Positions 1-7,137 of a stretch of 49,629 nucleotides of DNA are shown piece by piece (positions within the stretch are counted from its first letter, which is position 1; each line of letters begins with the position of its first letter). The notes beneath the pieces are model-generated. The model was given only the letters and a program-made list of their open reading frames with translations. It did not search any database and was not told the origin of the DNA. A program made the translations under genes and the position numbers. The DNA is from a virus: IMG/VR virus record IMGVR_UViG_3300005288_000005, positions 1 to 49,629 of that record. The stretch is one strand, 5' to 3'.

Positions 1-110
1 AAAAGACGAGTTCGAAGGCTACAGCCTGAACTCCGCTGATCAGGAGGCCAAATAATGGCTAACGTTATCTGGCGTGGTCCTGTGCATTTGGCACAGCCTG
101 ATTCGCGCAC
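1..110. repeat. Terminal overlap copy 1 (identical to 49520..49629)
   Basis: All 110 nt recur verbatim at the window end. The overlap cuts through the 3' end of the 441-aa head gene and the start of the next gene. Confidence 0.95.
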
Positions 111-492
111 TCTGAAGTTCACCGCTTCGACCTTGCCCGGCTTGGCTGTTTCGATTACTGCCGGCCAGTTCGTATTGGCTGCCACTTCGAAGGTTGACTT
201 CTTTATCACCCACAACCGCGCCTACATCGGCGAAACCGTGGATACCGCGATCCCTGCTGGCGAAACTGGTGAAGCATTCAAGCCGGTTCCTCAGTACGAA
301 TTCAACGTGCGCTTTGCTGCTGCCACCTACGCTCCAGGCGCAGTCCTGAGCATCGTTGCCGGCCAGTTCAAAGCAGCCGTAACCGGTGAAGTCGCTGTAG
401 CTGTGTTCGACGAAGCGGCCTCACGCGCAATCGCTGCGAACGGCCTCGGTGACATTCGCATTCTCGCTAACTCCTACGTGGTGCCTGCATAA
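55..492 (+). CDS. Small head protein between scaffold/protease and major capsid genes (decoration-like position)
   Basis: ATG preceded by AGGAGG. TAATG coupling to the capsid gene. 145 aa, Ala/Val-rich. Function assigned by position only. Confidence 0.6.
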   Translation: MANVIWRGPVHLAQPDSRTLKFTASTLPGLAVSITAGQFVLAATSKVDFFITHNRAYIGETVDTAIPAGETGEAFKPVPQYEFNVRFAAATYAPGAVLSIVAGQFKAAVTGEVAVAVFDEAASRAIAANGLGDIRILANSYVVPA

Positions 493-1499
493 TGCCTATT
501 TTGACTTTTAACAAAGAGCAGGAGGCTGCCGTAATTGGCAAGCGTCGTGCGCATAACGCCCGTCAAGAACGCCTCGCACGAGATAGCGAAGGCGAGATGA
601 TCGGTAACGCCTACACCATCCCTCGCGATGCTTGGGCGGAGTACGACAAAGACCTGATCACCTTGCAGCGTGCACAGCTTGGCGTGTTCAACGACCTGTC
701 CAGCCTGCAACGCAACGTGCCAATCGGTAAGGTGCTGCAATACTTCTCCAAGGTCAGCGACCAAGGCGAAGTAAACAGCTCTATTGATGGTCGTAGCCGT
801 GCGAAAGCAGACGCTCCAGTCATCGATTACGAAGGCACCCCGCTGCCGATCTACGACACCACCTTTACCTTCGGCTGGCGCGATGTAGAAGCTGCTCGTC
901 AAGACGGTGGCTGGCAGTATCTGGATGCGGCTACTCGCGACAACGGCAACCGCCGCATCGTTGAGAAGCTGGAAGACTTGGTAATCAACGGCGACACTAA
1001 GTACAACGTTGCCGGTAACCAGATCTACGGCCTGCGTACTGCCCCTGGTCGCGCCACTGGCCTGTTCGGTGCATTCGACCTCGTAACCGCTACCGGCGCT
1101 CAGTGGGTTTCGGCTATCACCAAAGTATTGCTCGGCCTGCAAGCGAACAACTACTACGGTGGCGCTACCATCTACCTGAACTACGGCGACTGGTTCGCTG
1201 CATCCGTAGCCGACTATGTGACTGCTGCGCCTCAGAACACCATCTTGGCTCGCCTGATGGCAATTCCTGGCGTAGTTGCAATCGTCCCATCCACCGCTGT
1301 TCCAGTAAACGAAATCCTCGCCGTTGTGAAAGAACGTCGTGTGGTTGAGATCCTGACCGCGATGCCTGTTACCACTATGCCGATTGAACGTAAAAACTTC
1401 ACCGACGAGTACAGCTTCCAGATCATGACCGCAGTAGCGCCACAGTTCAAGCGCGATTACTCGGGCAAGGGCGGGACCGCGCACTTCACCAAGGGCTAA
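492..1499 (+). CDS. Major capsid protein (HK97-fold, encapsulin/DUF2184-like by recollection)
   Basis: 335 aa. It follows the scaffold/protease and small head protein genes and is followed by a strong terminator. Family not verified by search. Confidence 0.8.
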   Translation: MPILTFNKEQEAAVIGKRRAHNARQERLARDSEGEMIGNAYTIPRDAWAEYDKDLITLQRAQLGVFNDLSSLQRNVPIGKVLQYFSKVSDQGEVNSSIDGRSRAKADAPVIDYEGTPLPIYDTTFTFGWRDVEAARQDGGWQYLDAATRDNGNRRIVEKLEDLVINGDTKYNVAGNQIYGLRTAPGRATGLFGAFDLVTATGAQWVSAITKVLLGLQANNYYGGATIYLNYGDWFAASVADYVTAAPQNTILARLMAIPGVVAIVPSTAVPVNEILAVVKERRVVEILTAMPVTTMPIERKNFTDEYSFQIMTAVAPQFKRDYSGKGGTAHFTKG

Positions 1500-1516
1500 T
1501 CCTTTGGTTTAAAATA

Positions 1517-1542
1517 GGGGCCTTAGCGGGCCCCTTTTTATT
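1517..1542 (+). terminator. Intrinsic terminator after the capsid gene
   Basis: GGGGCC-ttagcg-GGCCCC hairpin followed by TTTTTATT. Confidence 0.85.
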
Positions 1543-1553
1543 CAGGTGGAAAA

Positions 1554-1739
1554 ATGAAAGAGTTTCAGATTACGCAGCCCGGCGTTCTGATTGATGGCCT
1601 AGAGCTTGAGATTGGCACGCGAGTAAAGCATGAGTCTATGCCGCCAACGCTTGTTAACAAGGCCATTGAGGTAGAGCCTGAGAGGGTTTTAGAGGTCGCA
1701 ACCCCAAAGCGCGGGCCGGGTAGGCCGCCGAAGGAATGA
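1554..1739 (+). CDS. Hypothetical 61-aa protein with AT-hook-like C-terminus
   Basis: AGGTGG upstream of the ATG. C-terminal KRGPGRPPK. Bracketed by two terminators. Confidence 0.55.
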   Translation: MKEFQITQPGVLIDGLELEIGTRVKHESMPPTLVNKAIEVEPERVLEVATPKRGPGRPPKE

Positions 1740-1740
1740 A

Positions 1741-1770
1741 AAAAGGCCCCTAAATTGGGGCCTTTCTTTT
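1741..1770. terminator. Bidirectional intrinsic terminator
   Basis: AAAA-GGCCCC-taaatt-GGGGCC-TTTCTTTT. A-tract upstream and T-tract downstream. Confidence 0.8.
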
Positions 1771-1973
1771 AGATCAATACAAGCAGAACAATGAGCCATA
1801 ACATGTTCGTATCCTCGGCTGGTTGGTGGGCTTTACCGGTAAAACTGGATCGCAATATCGGCAAAGAACAAAGATATCGAAATTTGACTCTCCATCATTG
1901 TGCGACATACCGCATTTTGGACAGCTATACCTCAATTATTTCACCTGCTAATTAGTGATGGTTTTTTGGCTGA

Positions 1974-2120
1974 CTAAAGAAAGCTCAGGACTCGTTCGTA
2001 TTCGTCATTCAGGCGTTTTGCTTCTGCCTGAGCCTCGTCTTCATCATCAAAGCTGTCGATCAGCATCTTGTCGCTAACGATGTCGTATCGGCCTGATTGG
2101 TGTTTTACGGTGAAGTTCAT
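1974..2120 (-). CDS. Hypothetical acidic 48-aa protein
   Basis: ATG with AAGGAG 6 nt upstream. The 126-aa track ORF is an unlikely 5' extension of it. C-terminal half is rich in D/E. Confidence 0.6.
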   Translation of the reverse strand: MNFTVKHQSGRYDIVSDKMLIDSFDDEDEAQAEAKRLNDEYERVLSFL

Positions 2121-2131
2121 TTGTTGCTCCT

Positions 2132-2296
2132 TTAGAATGCGCCGAACCAGATGCCTACGCCGTGAACTACTGCCACTGGGAAGAAGATTGCGCCGGCAAT
2201 CAGGAAGCCCCAGCTTGCTGCTTTCAGGCATACGATGATATGCGTAAACCATGAAGCGATCATTACCAGAACTACGATGGCTGCTGTGAATTGCAT
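2132..2296 (-). CDS. Small membrane protein, 54 aa, two predicted TM helices (absent from the ORF track)
   Basis: My hand translation gives MQFTAAIVVLVMIASWFTHIIVCLKAASWGFLIAGAIFFPVAVVHGVGIWFGAF. AAGGA-type SD. The stop lies 11 nt before the next ATG. Confidence 0.6.
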   Translation of the reverse strand: MQFTAAIVVLVMIASWFTHIIVCLKAASWGFLIAGAIFFPVAVVHGVGIWFGAF

Positions 2297-2370
2297 TTCC
2301 GTTTCCTTTCTGTTGGTTTGCCTTGCCTGAAATGAACTCTAGCCTCGGATCCAATCTAATGCAAGCATGA

Positions 2371-2379
2371 TGTTAAAAT
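2371..2379 (+). promoter_or_regulatory. Candidate extended -10 promoter TGtTAAAAT (late class)
   Basis: Intergenic, 31 nt upstream of the 2410 start. The same 9-mer pattern occurs at 3583 and 6476. Confidence 0.5.
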
Positions 2380-2409
2380 AATTCCTACATTTAAGCGAGC
2401 GCCCGACGA

Positions 2410-3273
2410 ATGGCAATGATCTACGAAATGCAGCGCGGAGTCTTGGAATCCGTGCTGATGAGCCTTGACTATGACTCGGGACTGGCCTCGATTCAGTATT
2501 ATGACGCTGGCGGGGTAGAGATTACGCCGACCGGTGTTGCGACGATTAGTGTTAGCCCGACGTTGACTGGCGAGAACTTTAAGGTGGTCTATCAGTCCGC
2601 GAGCGGGCAATGGTCATTCGATGGGCCGTGTGGTCGCCTGCGTGTGTCGCTAGCTGGCACGAACGCGGTTACTGCTCGTGTGGTTATCTGGCGTGGCGAT
2701 GATGCGCGCTCTGGCATTCCTTCCGGGGCGTTCTCTGGTCTGCGTGCGATCACCGTCCAGCCGTATACCGAGGCAAACGTAAAGAACGGTGTTCAGTACA
2801 ACATTCGCGCCGTCTGGCCTCTTCTTGATCTGATCCCCACCGGCACAGCTCGTAAGCTATGGTTCAAGACGAACGCAAAGCCTGTATTGGCCAAGCTTCG
2901 TCAGTTCCAATACCTGGCTGAAGAGATGAAGATTGAGTTGTTCGTCGCGCCTACCGGCGTTACTGGCGGCACAGATTTGATTGTTCACAACTACAACGGT
3001 GTCAATCCCGTAGCCACCACCGTGCAGGCCAAGAAGAACGTGACTACCACCACCAACGGAACGCAGTTTGACCACGGTGATCCAGAGCATTTCTTCGGTG
3101 GCGCTAATGATCCGCAGCGACAGAACGTTGACTCGATTCCGCTTGGTCGCGAGCGCGTACTTCCGGCTAACTCTGAATTCCTTGTGGTCATCACGAACAC
3201 TGGCACAGGTAACGCTAGGGCGCAATACTTCCTTGATTTTTATGAGGGTGGGACAGACCTGCCGCTTGCTTAA
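2410..3273 (+). CDS. Hypothetical 287-aa protein in its own late transcription unit (possible virion accessory)
   Basis: Long ORF with its own promoter and terminator. Beta-rich composition. No family recognised. Confidence 0.7.
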   Translation: MAMIYEMQRGVLESVLMSLDYDSGLASIQYYDAGGVEITPTGVATISVSPTLTGENFKVVYQSASGQWSFDGPCGRLRVSLAGTNAVTARVVIWRGDDARSGIPSGAFSGLRAITVQPYTEANVKNGVQYNIRAVWPLLDLIPTGTARKLWFKTNAKPVLAKLRQFQYLAEEMKIELFVAPTGVTGGTDLIVHNYNGVNPVATTVQAKKNVTTTTNGTQFDHGDPEHFFGGANDPQRQNVDSIPLGRERVLPANSEFLVVITNTGTGNARAQYFLDFYEGGTDLPLA

Positions 3274-3284
3274 ATCGTAGGCGT

Positions 3285-3316
3285 AAAAAAGCCCTCACTT
3301 GGAGGGCTTTGTTTTA
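3285..3316. terminator. Bidirectional intrinsic terminator
   Basis: AAAAAA-GCCCTC-acttg-GAGGGC-TTTGTTTT, between convergent genes. Confidence 0.8.
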
Positions 3317-3517
3317 CTGCTGGGCTCGCGTTTCGCTCTGAGCTACGATGCAGCGCTCTTCAGAATCGTAGACATGCCACCAGTCTACCGTGAAGGCTTC
3401 GGCCATCCGCTTAGCTTCGCTTTCGGCCTCTGCGATAGTATCGAACGGCTTATCGAAGTCAAAAGCACCACCAGCTGCGTAATACGTCTGGCCTGAGAAA
3501 AGCAAAAATCGTTTCAT
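3314..3517 (-). CDS. Hypothetical 67-aa protein (opposite-strand insert)
   Basis: GGAG SD 9 nt upstream. MKRFLLFSGQTYYAAGGAFDF pattern is common in small phage proteins (from memory). Confidence 0.7.
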   Translation of the reverse strand: MKRFLLFSGQTYYAAGGAFDFDKPFDTIAEAESEAKRMAEAFTVDWWHVYDSEERCIVAQSETRAQQ

Positions 3518-3582
3518 TTGTTATGCTCCGGAATTGTCACAAGCAAGTATTATCCTGCTGCACCTATGCCGTCAACCCCTCA

Positions 3583-3591
3583 TGCTAAAAT
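3583..3591 (+). promoter_or_regulatory. Candidate extended -10 promoter TGcTAAAAT (late class)
   Basis: Intergenic, about 28 nt upstream of the connector gene start. Confidence 0.5.
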
Positions 3592-3618
3592 AGGCCAAAC
3601 TATTTTCAGGTGGCGAAA

Positions 3619-4008
3619 ATGCCGACGTTAGAGCAGCTTAAGGAATTCCTGACCTCCATTGGCGTACCCTTGCCACCGGACTTCGTCCTTATCGCCTGGA
3701 TGGATATCGTAGCCGTGATTCAACCGTGCCTTGATGGCGCAGGCTACCCTGCATCCGTTCAGATGCTGATCTATCTCTACCTGCTAAGCCTGTACGGCAT
3801 CGTGGCCGGAGACAAGTACATCTCAAGCCAAACCGCACCGTCCGGCGCATCTCAGTCCTTCCGCTACAATAATCTGCAAGACAAGTATCGCGGGATGCTG
3901 AATGCGCTGAACCTGCTGGACACTTCCGGCTGTACTGATTCCGTGGTACCTGCAATGCCTGGACCGACTGCCGGCCTTTGGGTATCCACTGGCGGGAAGT
4001 GCTGCTGA
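3619..4008 (+). CDS. Head-tail connector/adaptor protein (DUF4054-like)
   Basis: ATG with AGGTGG 5 nt upstream. The track starts at GTG 3610. First gene of the connector block. Confidence 0.6.
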   Translation: MPTLEQLKEFLTSIGVPLPPDFVLIAWMDIVAVIQPCLDGAGYPASVQMLIYLYLLSLYGIVAGDKYISSQTAPSGASQSFRYNNLQDKYRGMLNALNLLDTSGCTDSVVPAMPGPTAGLWVSTGGKCC

Positions 4009-4220
4009 TGGCTAGTAATCGTGAATGCAGGCGCTGGAGTCGAATTGGCATTGCTGGCCGCGTCAAAGCTTTGCGCAAGGCTGATTTCGGTAATCTCGGT
4101 TGGTTTCCAGAGGCTAGACAAGCTAGATGGATGCCGCACCAAGATAGCCAGTGGAATAAAGACTTAACGCTATACGGCTGGCCTGATGCCAATCCGTATT
4201 ACATGATGATGGAGTCGTAA
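4008..4220 (+). CDS. Hypothetical 70-aa protein in the connector block
   Basis: TGATG coupling to the upstream gene. Internal ATG of the 80-aa track ORF. Confidence 0.5.
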   Translation: MASNRECRRWSRIGIAGRVKALRKADFGNLGWFPEARQARWMPHQDSQWNKDLTLYGWPDANPYYMMMES

Positions 4221-4221
4221 T

Positions 4222-4566
4222 ATGGCCTTCATGTCAGCGTGGTACATGATCGACACCGCGACTATCTACCCAAGGCTCGCAGAAGGCGACTGGGGCGGCG
4301 GCGTCACATATGGAACCCCCTACACAATCCTTTGCGGTCACGAAGGCGTATCGCGGCAATCACGGGACAAGGAAGGCGCTGAATTCGTGACTCGTGACGT
4401 GTATTACACGGGCGACACTCGACCCGCTTACTTGGACCGCATCGCATACGGAGATACAACCGCTCAAGCATGGGATGCCGTATCAGCCGCAGAGATCCGC
4501 AAGATTGCTCGTCATGGCATGTCGGCGTTTGGGTATGAGGATGAGTATGATTTGGAGACTGTTTGA
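4222..4566 (+). CDS. Head closure / head-tail joining protein (by position)
   Basis: 114 aa, tightly packed within the connector block. Confidence 0.5.
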   Translation: MAFMSAWYMIDTATIYPRLAEGDWGGGVTYGTPYTILCGHEGVSRQSRDKEGAEFVTRDVYYTGDTRPAYLDRIAYGDTTAQAWDAVSAAEIRKIARHGMSAFGYEDEYDLETV

Positions 4567-4979
4567 TGCCGGTTAAGGGGTTGAAGGAGGTAAGGCAGCA
4601 GCTTAAAAAGGAGCTGGCCAATATTAGCGGGACTCTTACAGAGAGAGCGCTGCTTGAGGTTCTTATCGTCGCGTCTGGATTCGCCGCCACCATGACGCCA
4701 ATCGATACCGGTAATTTGATCGGCAGTCAGTTCCGTAGAGTAGAAACATCCGGAACAAAGGTTAAGGGAATCATGGGATATACAGCGGCCTATGCAGCAG
4801 CAGTTCATGACAAGCCTGGTACGCTTCTCGGGACAAGCACGCCACGCTCTAAATCAGATCCTTCACGCGGTAACGTTTGGGATCCGGATGCTGAGCCAGA
4901 ATTCTTGCGTAGAGCATTTGAAGATCCAGATGCTCGCGCCGACATTGATGCTGTAATCAAAAGGCGCATGAAAATCTAA
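4566..4979 (+). CDS. Tail completion protein, HK97 gp10-like
   Basis: TGATG coupling. A DTGNL motif is typical of the gp10 family. Confidence 0.65.
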   Translation: MPVKGLKEVRQQLKKELANISGTLTERALLEVLIVASGFAATMTPIDTGNLIGSQFRRVETSGTKVKGIMGYTAAYAAAVHDKPGTLLGTSTPRSKSDPSRGNVWDPDAEPEFLRRAFEDPDARADIDAVIKRRMKI

Positions 4980-5365
4980 TGAGCCACACACCAATCAATC
5001 TATTCCGCGACTGGCTAGAGGCTTACGTTTCGACTGCCGGCTACAAGTTAAGCAAGGGGATGTGGGAAGAGGCCAACAATGCTGGTAATAAGTTCGTAGC
5101 CGTCTGGTCGAACTCTGGCCGCTCGCCAAATGGTGACGTTGAGTATCCAGCTATCCGCGTAATCGTGACCGGCAGAGCTAATGGTAGAGCGCTTGGAGAC
5201 GTAGAACCGACTGAACTGTTCGCTCAGTTGCTTATCGATACTGCTATCGAACACTTCTCAACTAGCTGCATGTTCAATATTCGCCCGCTGGGAAGTATTC
5301 AAGGGCCGTACTACACAGAAACCAACAGACCGTGGCTAGAAATTAACTTCGAGCTGGCATGTTAA
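4979..5365 (+). CDS. Tail terminator-like protein (by position)
   Basis: TAATG coupling. 128 aa, immediately upstream of the tube protein gene. Confidence 0.5.
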   Translation: MSHTPINLFRDWLEAYVSTAGYKLSKGMWEEANNAGNKFVAVWSNSGRSPNGDVEYPAIRVIVTGRANGRALGDVEPTELFAQLLIDTAIEHFSTSCMFNIRPLGSIQGPYYTETNRPWLEINFELAC

Positions 5366-5421
5366 ACTATCCGTATCTGCTCGTTTTGGGCGGTACTTTC
5401 AAACTTTAACGGAGGTGCCTT

Positions 5422-6153
5422 GTGGCCCTTAATTGCGCAAGTTCAAAATTCGTAGGTAAGAGCGTCCTTGCGGAATTCGCTCTCGCTTGCGGCGATGTAG
5501 ATCCGATGTCGCTTACATGGTTGCCGCTGGGCGCTGCACGCAACAAGTCGCTGACTATGAGCGCTGACACTGTTGACGCAACCGCTGACGATTCGGCTGG
5601 CAGCTTCCGCGACACCCTGATCACCTACAAAACCTTCGAAGTGGCTATCGACGGCGTAACTGCTCGCGATGACGGCACCACTGTTAACCAGCAGCTTCTC
5701 TTTAACCATTTCGTCACCGACCCGCAGCCGTATGTGTGGATTCGTCTGACCGGCCCGATCAACACCGTTATCGGCTTCTGCGTGCTGACCGAGTTCAGCC
5801 AAGAATTTCCGTATGACGACGTGGCTACCTACTCCATGACTGCAAGCGCAACTGCTCGTCCTGGCGGCTTGGATAGCGTGCTGGTTGAAGATACCCCGAT
5901 CCCCGTAACCGCCGTCAACGTTACTCCTGCGACTGCAACGGTTCAGATTGGCAACGTTACCAACCTGCTCGCGACTGTGGCTCCCGCTGCTGCTGTGCAG
6001 GCCGTAACATGGTCTAGCGCTACTCCTGCGACTGCAACTGTTAGCTCTACTGGTGTTGTTACTGGCGTGGCTGCTGGTAGTGTCGTAATCACCGCGACGT
6101 CGGTTAGCGATCCAAGCAAGACCGATACCTCGACAGTTACCGTTACCGTGTAA
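5422..6153 (+). CDS. Major tail tube protein with C-terminal Ig-like (Big_2-type) domain
   Basis: GTG with GGAGG SD. The C-terminal ~80 aa read VTAVNVTPATATVQIG...VITATSVSD. It precedes the chaperone and tape measure genes. Confidence 0.8.
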   Translation: MALNCASSKFVGKSVLAEFALACGDVDPMSLTWLPLGAARNKSLTMSADTVDATADDSAGSFRDTLITYKTFEVAIDGVTARDDGTTVNQQLLFNHFVTDPQPYVWIRLTGPINTVIGFCVLTEFSQEFPYDDVATYSMTASATARPGGLDSVLVEDTPIPVTAVNVTPATATVQIGNVTNLLATVAPAAAVQAVTWSSATPATATVSSTGVVTGVAAGSVVITATSVSDPSKTDTSTVTVTV

Positions 6154-6164
6154 CATCGCTACAA

Positions 6165-6195
6165 ATAAAGAAGCTCCGAAAGGGGCTTTTTTATT
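6165..6195. terminator. Bidirectional intrinsic terminator
   Basis: AAGCTCC-gaaa-GGGGCTT followed by TTTTATT. A-rich upstream. Confidence 0.75.
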
Positions 6196-6198
6196 GCC

Positions 6199-6408
6199 TT
6201 AGATTTCTTTCTTTGCCAGAGCGAAATACTTGGCAGGCTCCAGGCAGGCAAAGCGCGGATCTTCTCCAATCGAACGATTGTAATTGTTGTACGCCTCGGC
6301 TTTCTCGAAGCAATCACGGTCGCTAACCACTGATTCGCGACTAGTCAGATCGATGTAATCGCATCCAACGTCAGAGCAAAGGCCAAGCACGAGCATCAAG
6401 GTAAGCAT
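6199..6408 (-). CDS. Small secreted / lipoprotein-like Cys-containing protein (69 aa)
   Basis: ATG at 6408 with an AAGGA SD. Hydrophobic N-terminus MLTLMLVLGLCSDVGC. On the opposite strand inside the tail operon. Confidence 0.65.
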   Translation of the reverse strand: MLTLMLVLGLCSDVGCDYIDLTSRESVVSDRDCFEKAEAYNNYNRSIGEDPRFACLEPAKYFALAKKEI

Positions 6409-6440
6409 TGTCAATCCTTAAATTCGTTTGAGTTAGGCCG

Positions 6441-6468
6441 AGTATATCTGTGCAACATGGCGCGTCAA
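6441..6468 (-). promoter_or_regulatory. Sigma70-like promoter TTGACG-N16-TATACT
   Basis: Read on the minus strand, about 30 nt upstream of the 6408 start. Confidence 0.6.
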
Positions 6469-6475
6469 GGCCTCG

Positions 6476-6484
6476 TGTTAAAAT
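6476..6484 (+). promoter_or_regulatory. Candidate extended -10 promoter TGtTAAAAT (late class)
   Basis: Intergenic, 27 nt upstream of the 6511 start. Divergent from the 6441..6468 promoter. Confidence 0.5.
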
Positions 6485-6510
6485 AATTCAATTATTCTTG
6501 GGCGCAAACC

Positions 6511-7137
6511 ATGCGAGCGATAACATCTGTCGGTGAAATAGGGTGCAGCTTGGGCGACCAAGATTACCTGTTTCGGCCCTCTTTGTCCGCAATAGACTCT
6601 CTCGGCTCTCCTGCCGAAATCGTCAACAAATTCGCAATCCTTTTCTCTGCGCCAAAGCTCAACCCTATATGGCCTAAAAGCTCGTACAGGGCATGGGAGC
6701 GAGAACTCATGGCTACAGCATATGACGTGCTTGTGGCTTGCTGTGCGGATGATGTGACGCCGCTTCTTGGTCATATGGGTAGCAAGTGGGGATCGTTCGT
6801 TCCTGGCGCCATCCCTGCACAGGACATGGTGCATCTAGCTCGCTCCCTTATGCGACACGGCGTCGTCGGGCTAAAGCCTGAAGGTCGACCAATCAAAGGC
6901 CAGAAGAAGGAAGAGTATTCCAAAGAATTCAACGCTCGTGAATTTGTCGCGCAAGCAACTGCTCATCTCGGTCTGTCCAGTGCCGAAGCGTGGCAGATGA
7001 CCATGACCGAGTTTTCTGGCGCCATGCAATCGAAGTTCGGCAAGCCAGAAACTCTTCCGCCAGCAGAAGAGCATGACGAAGCAATGTTGCGCCTCGCAGA
7101 AATTAACAGATTGCGTCAGTATCAGGTGAAGAAATGA
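6511..7137 (+). CDS. Tail assembly chaperone
   Basis: 208 aa, between the tube and tape measure genes. ATGA overlap with the tape measure gene. No frameshifted extension noticed. Confidence 0.65.
   Translation: MRAITSVGEIGCSLGDQDYLFRPSLSAIDSLGSPAEIVNKFAILFSAPKLNPIWPKSSYRAWERELMATAYDVLVACCADDVTPLLGHMGSKWGSFVPGAIPAQDMVHLARSLMRHGVVGLKPEGRPIKGQKKEEYSKEFNAREFVAQATAHLGLSSAEAWQMTMTEFSGAMQSKFGKPETLPPAEEHDEAMLRLAEINRLRQYQVKK

Noticed and set aside
474-1484. Long antisense ORFs opposite real genes (for example 474..1484 -, 5443..6156 -, 21290..22126 +, 23698..24315 +, 41843..42622 -, 45308..45892 +)
   Set aside because: They mirror well-supported genes (capsid, tube, PAPS reductase, SSB, terL, portal). 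They lack SDs and coupling, and they have Arg/Ser/Cys-rich junk composition typical of shadow frames.
1778-1813. Minus-strand 11-codon hydrophobic mini-ORF (MLWLIVLLVLI) with a GAGGA SD, ending at the 1741..1770 terminator
   Set aside because: It is too short to support from sequence alone. Overlapping 21- and 44-codon frames nearby are equally unsupported.
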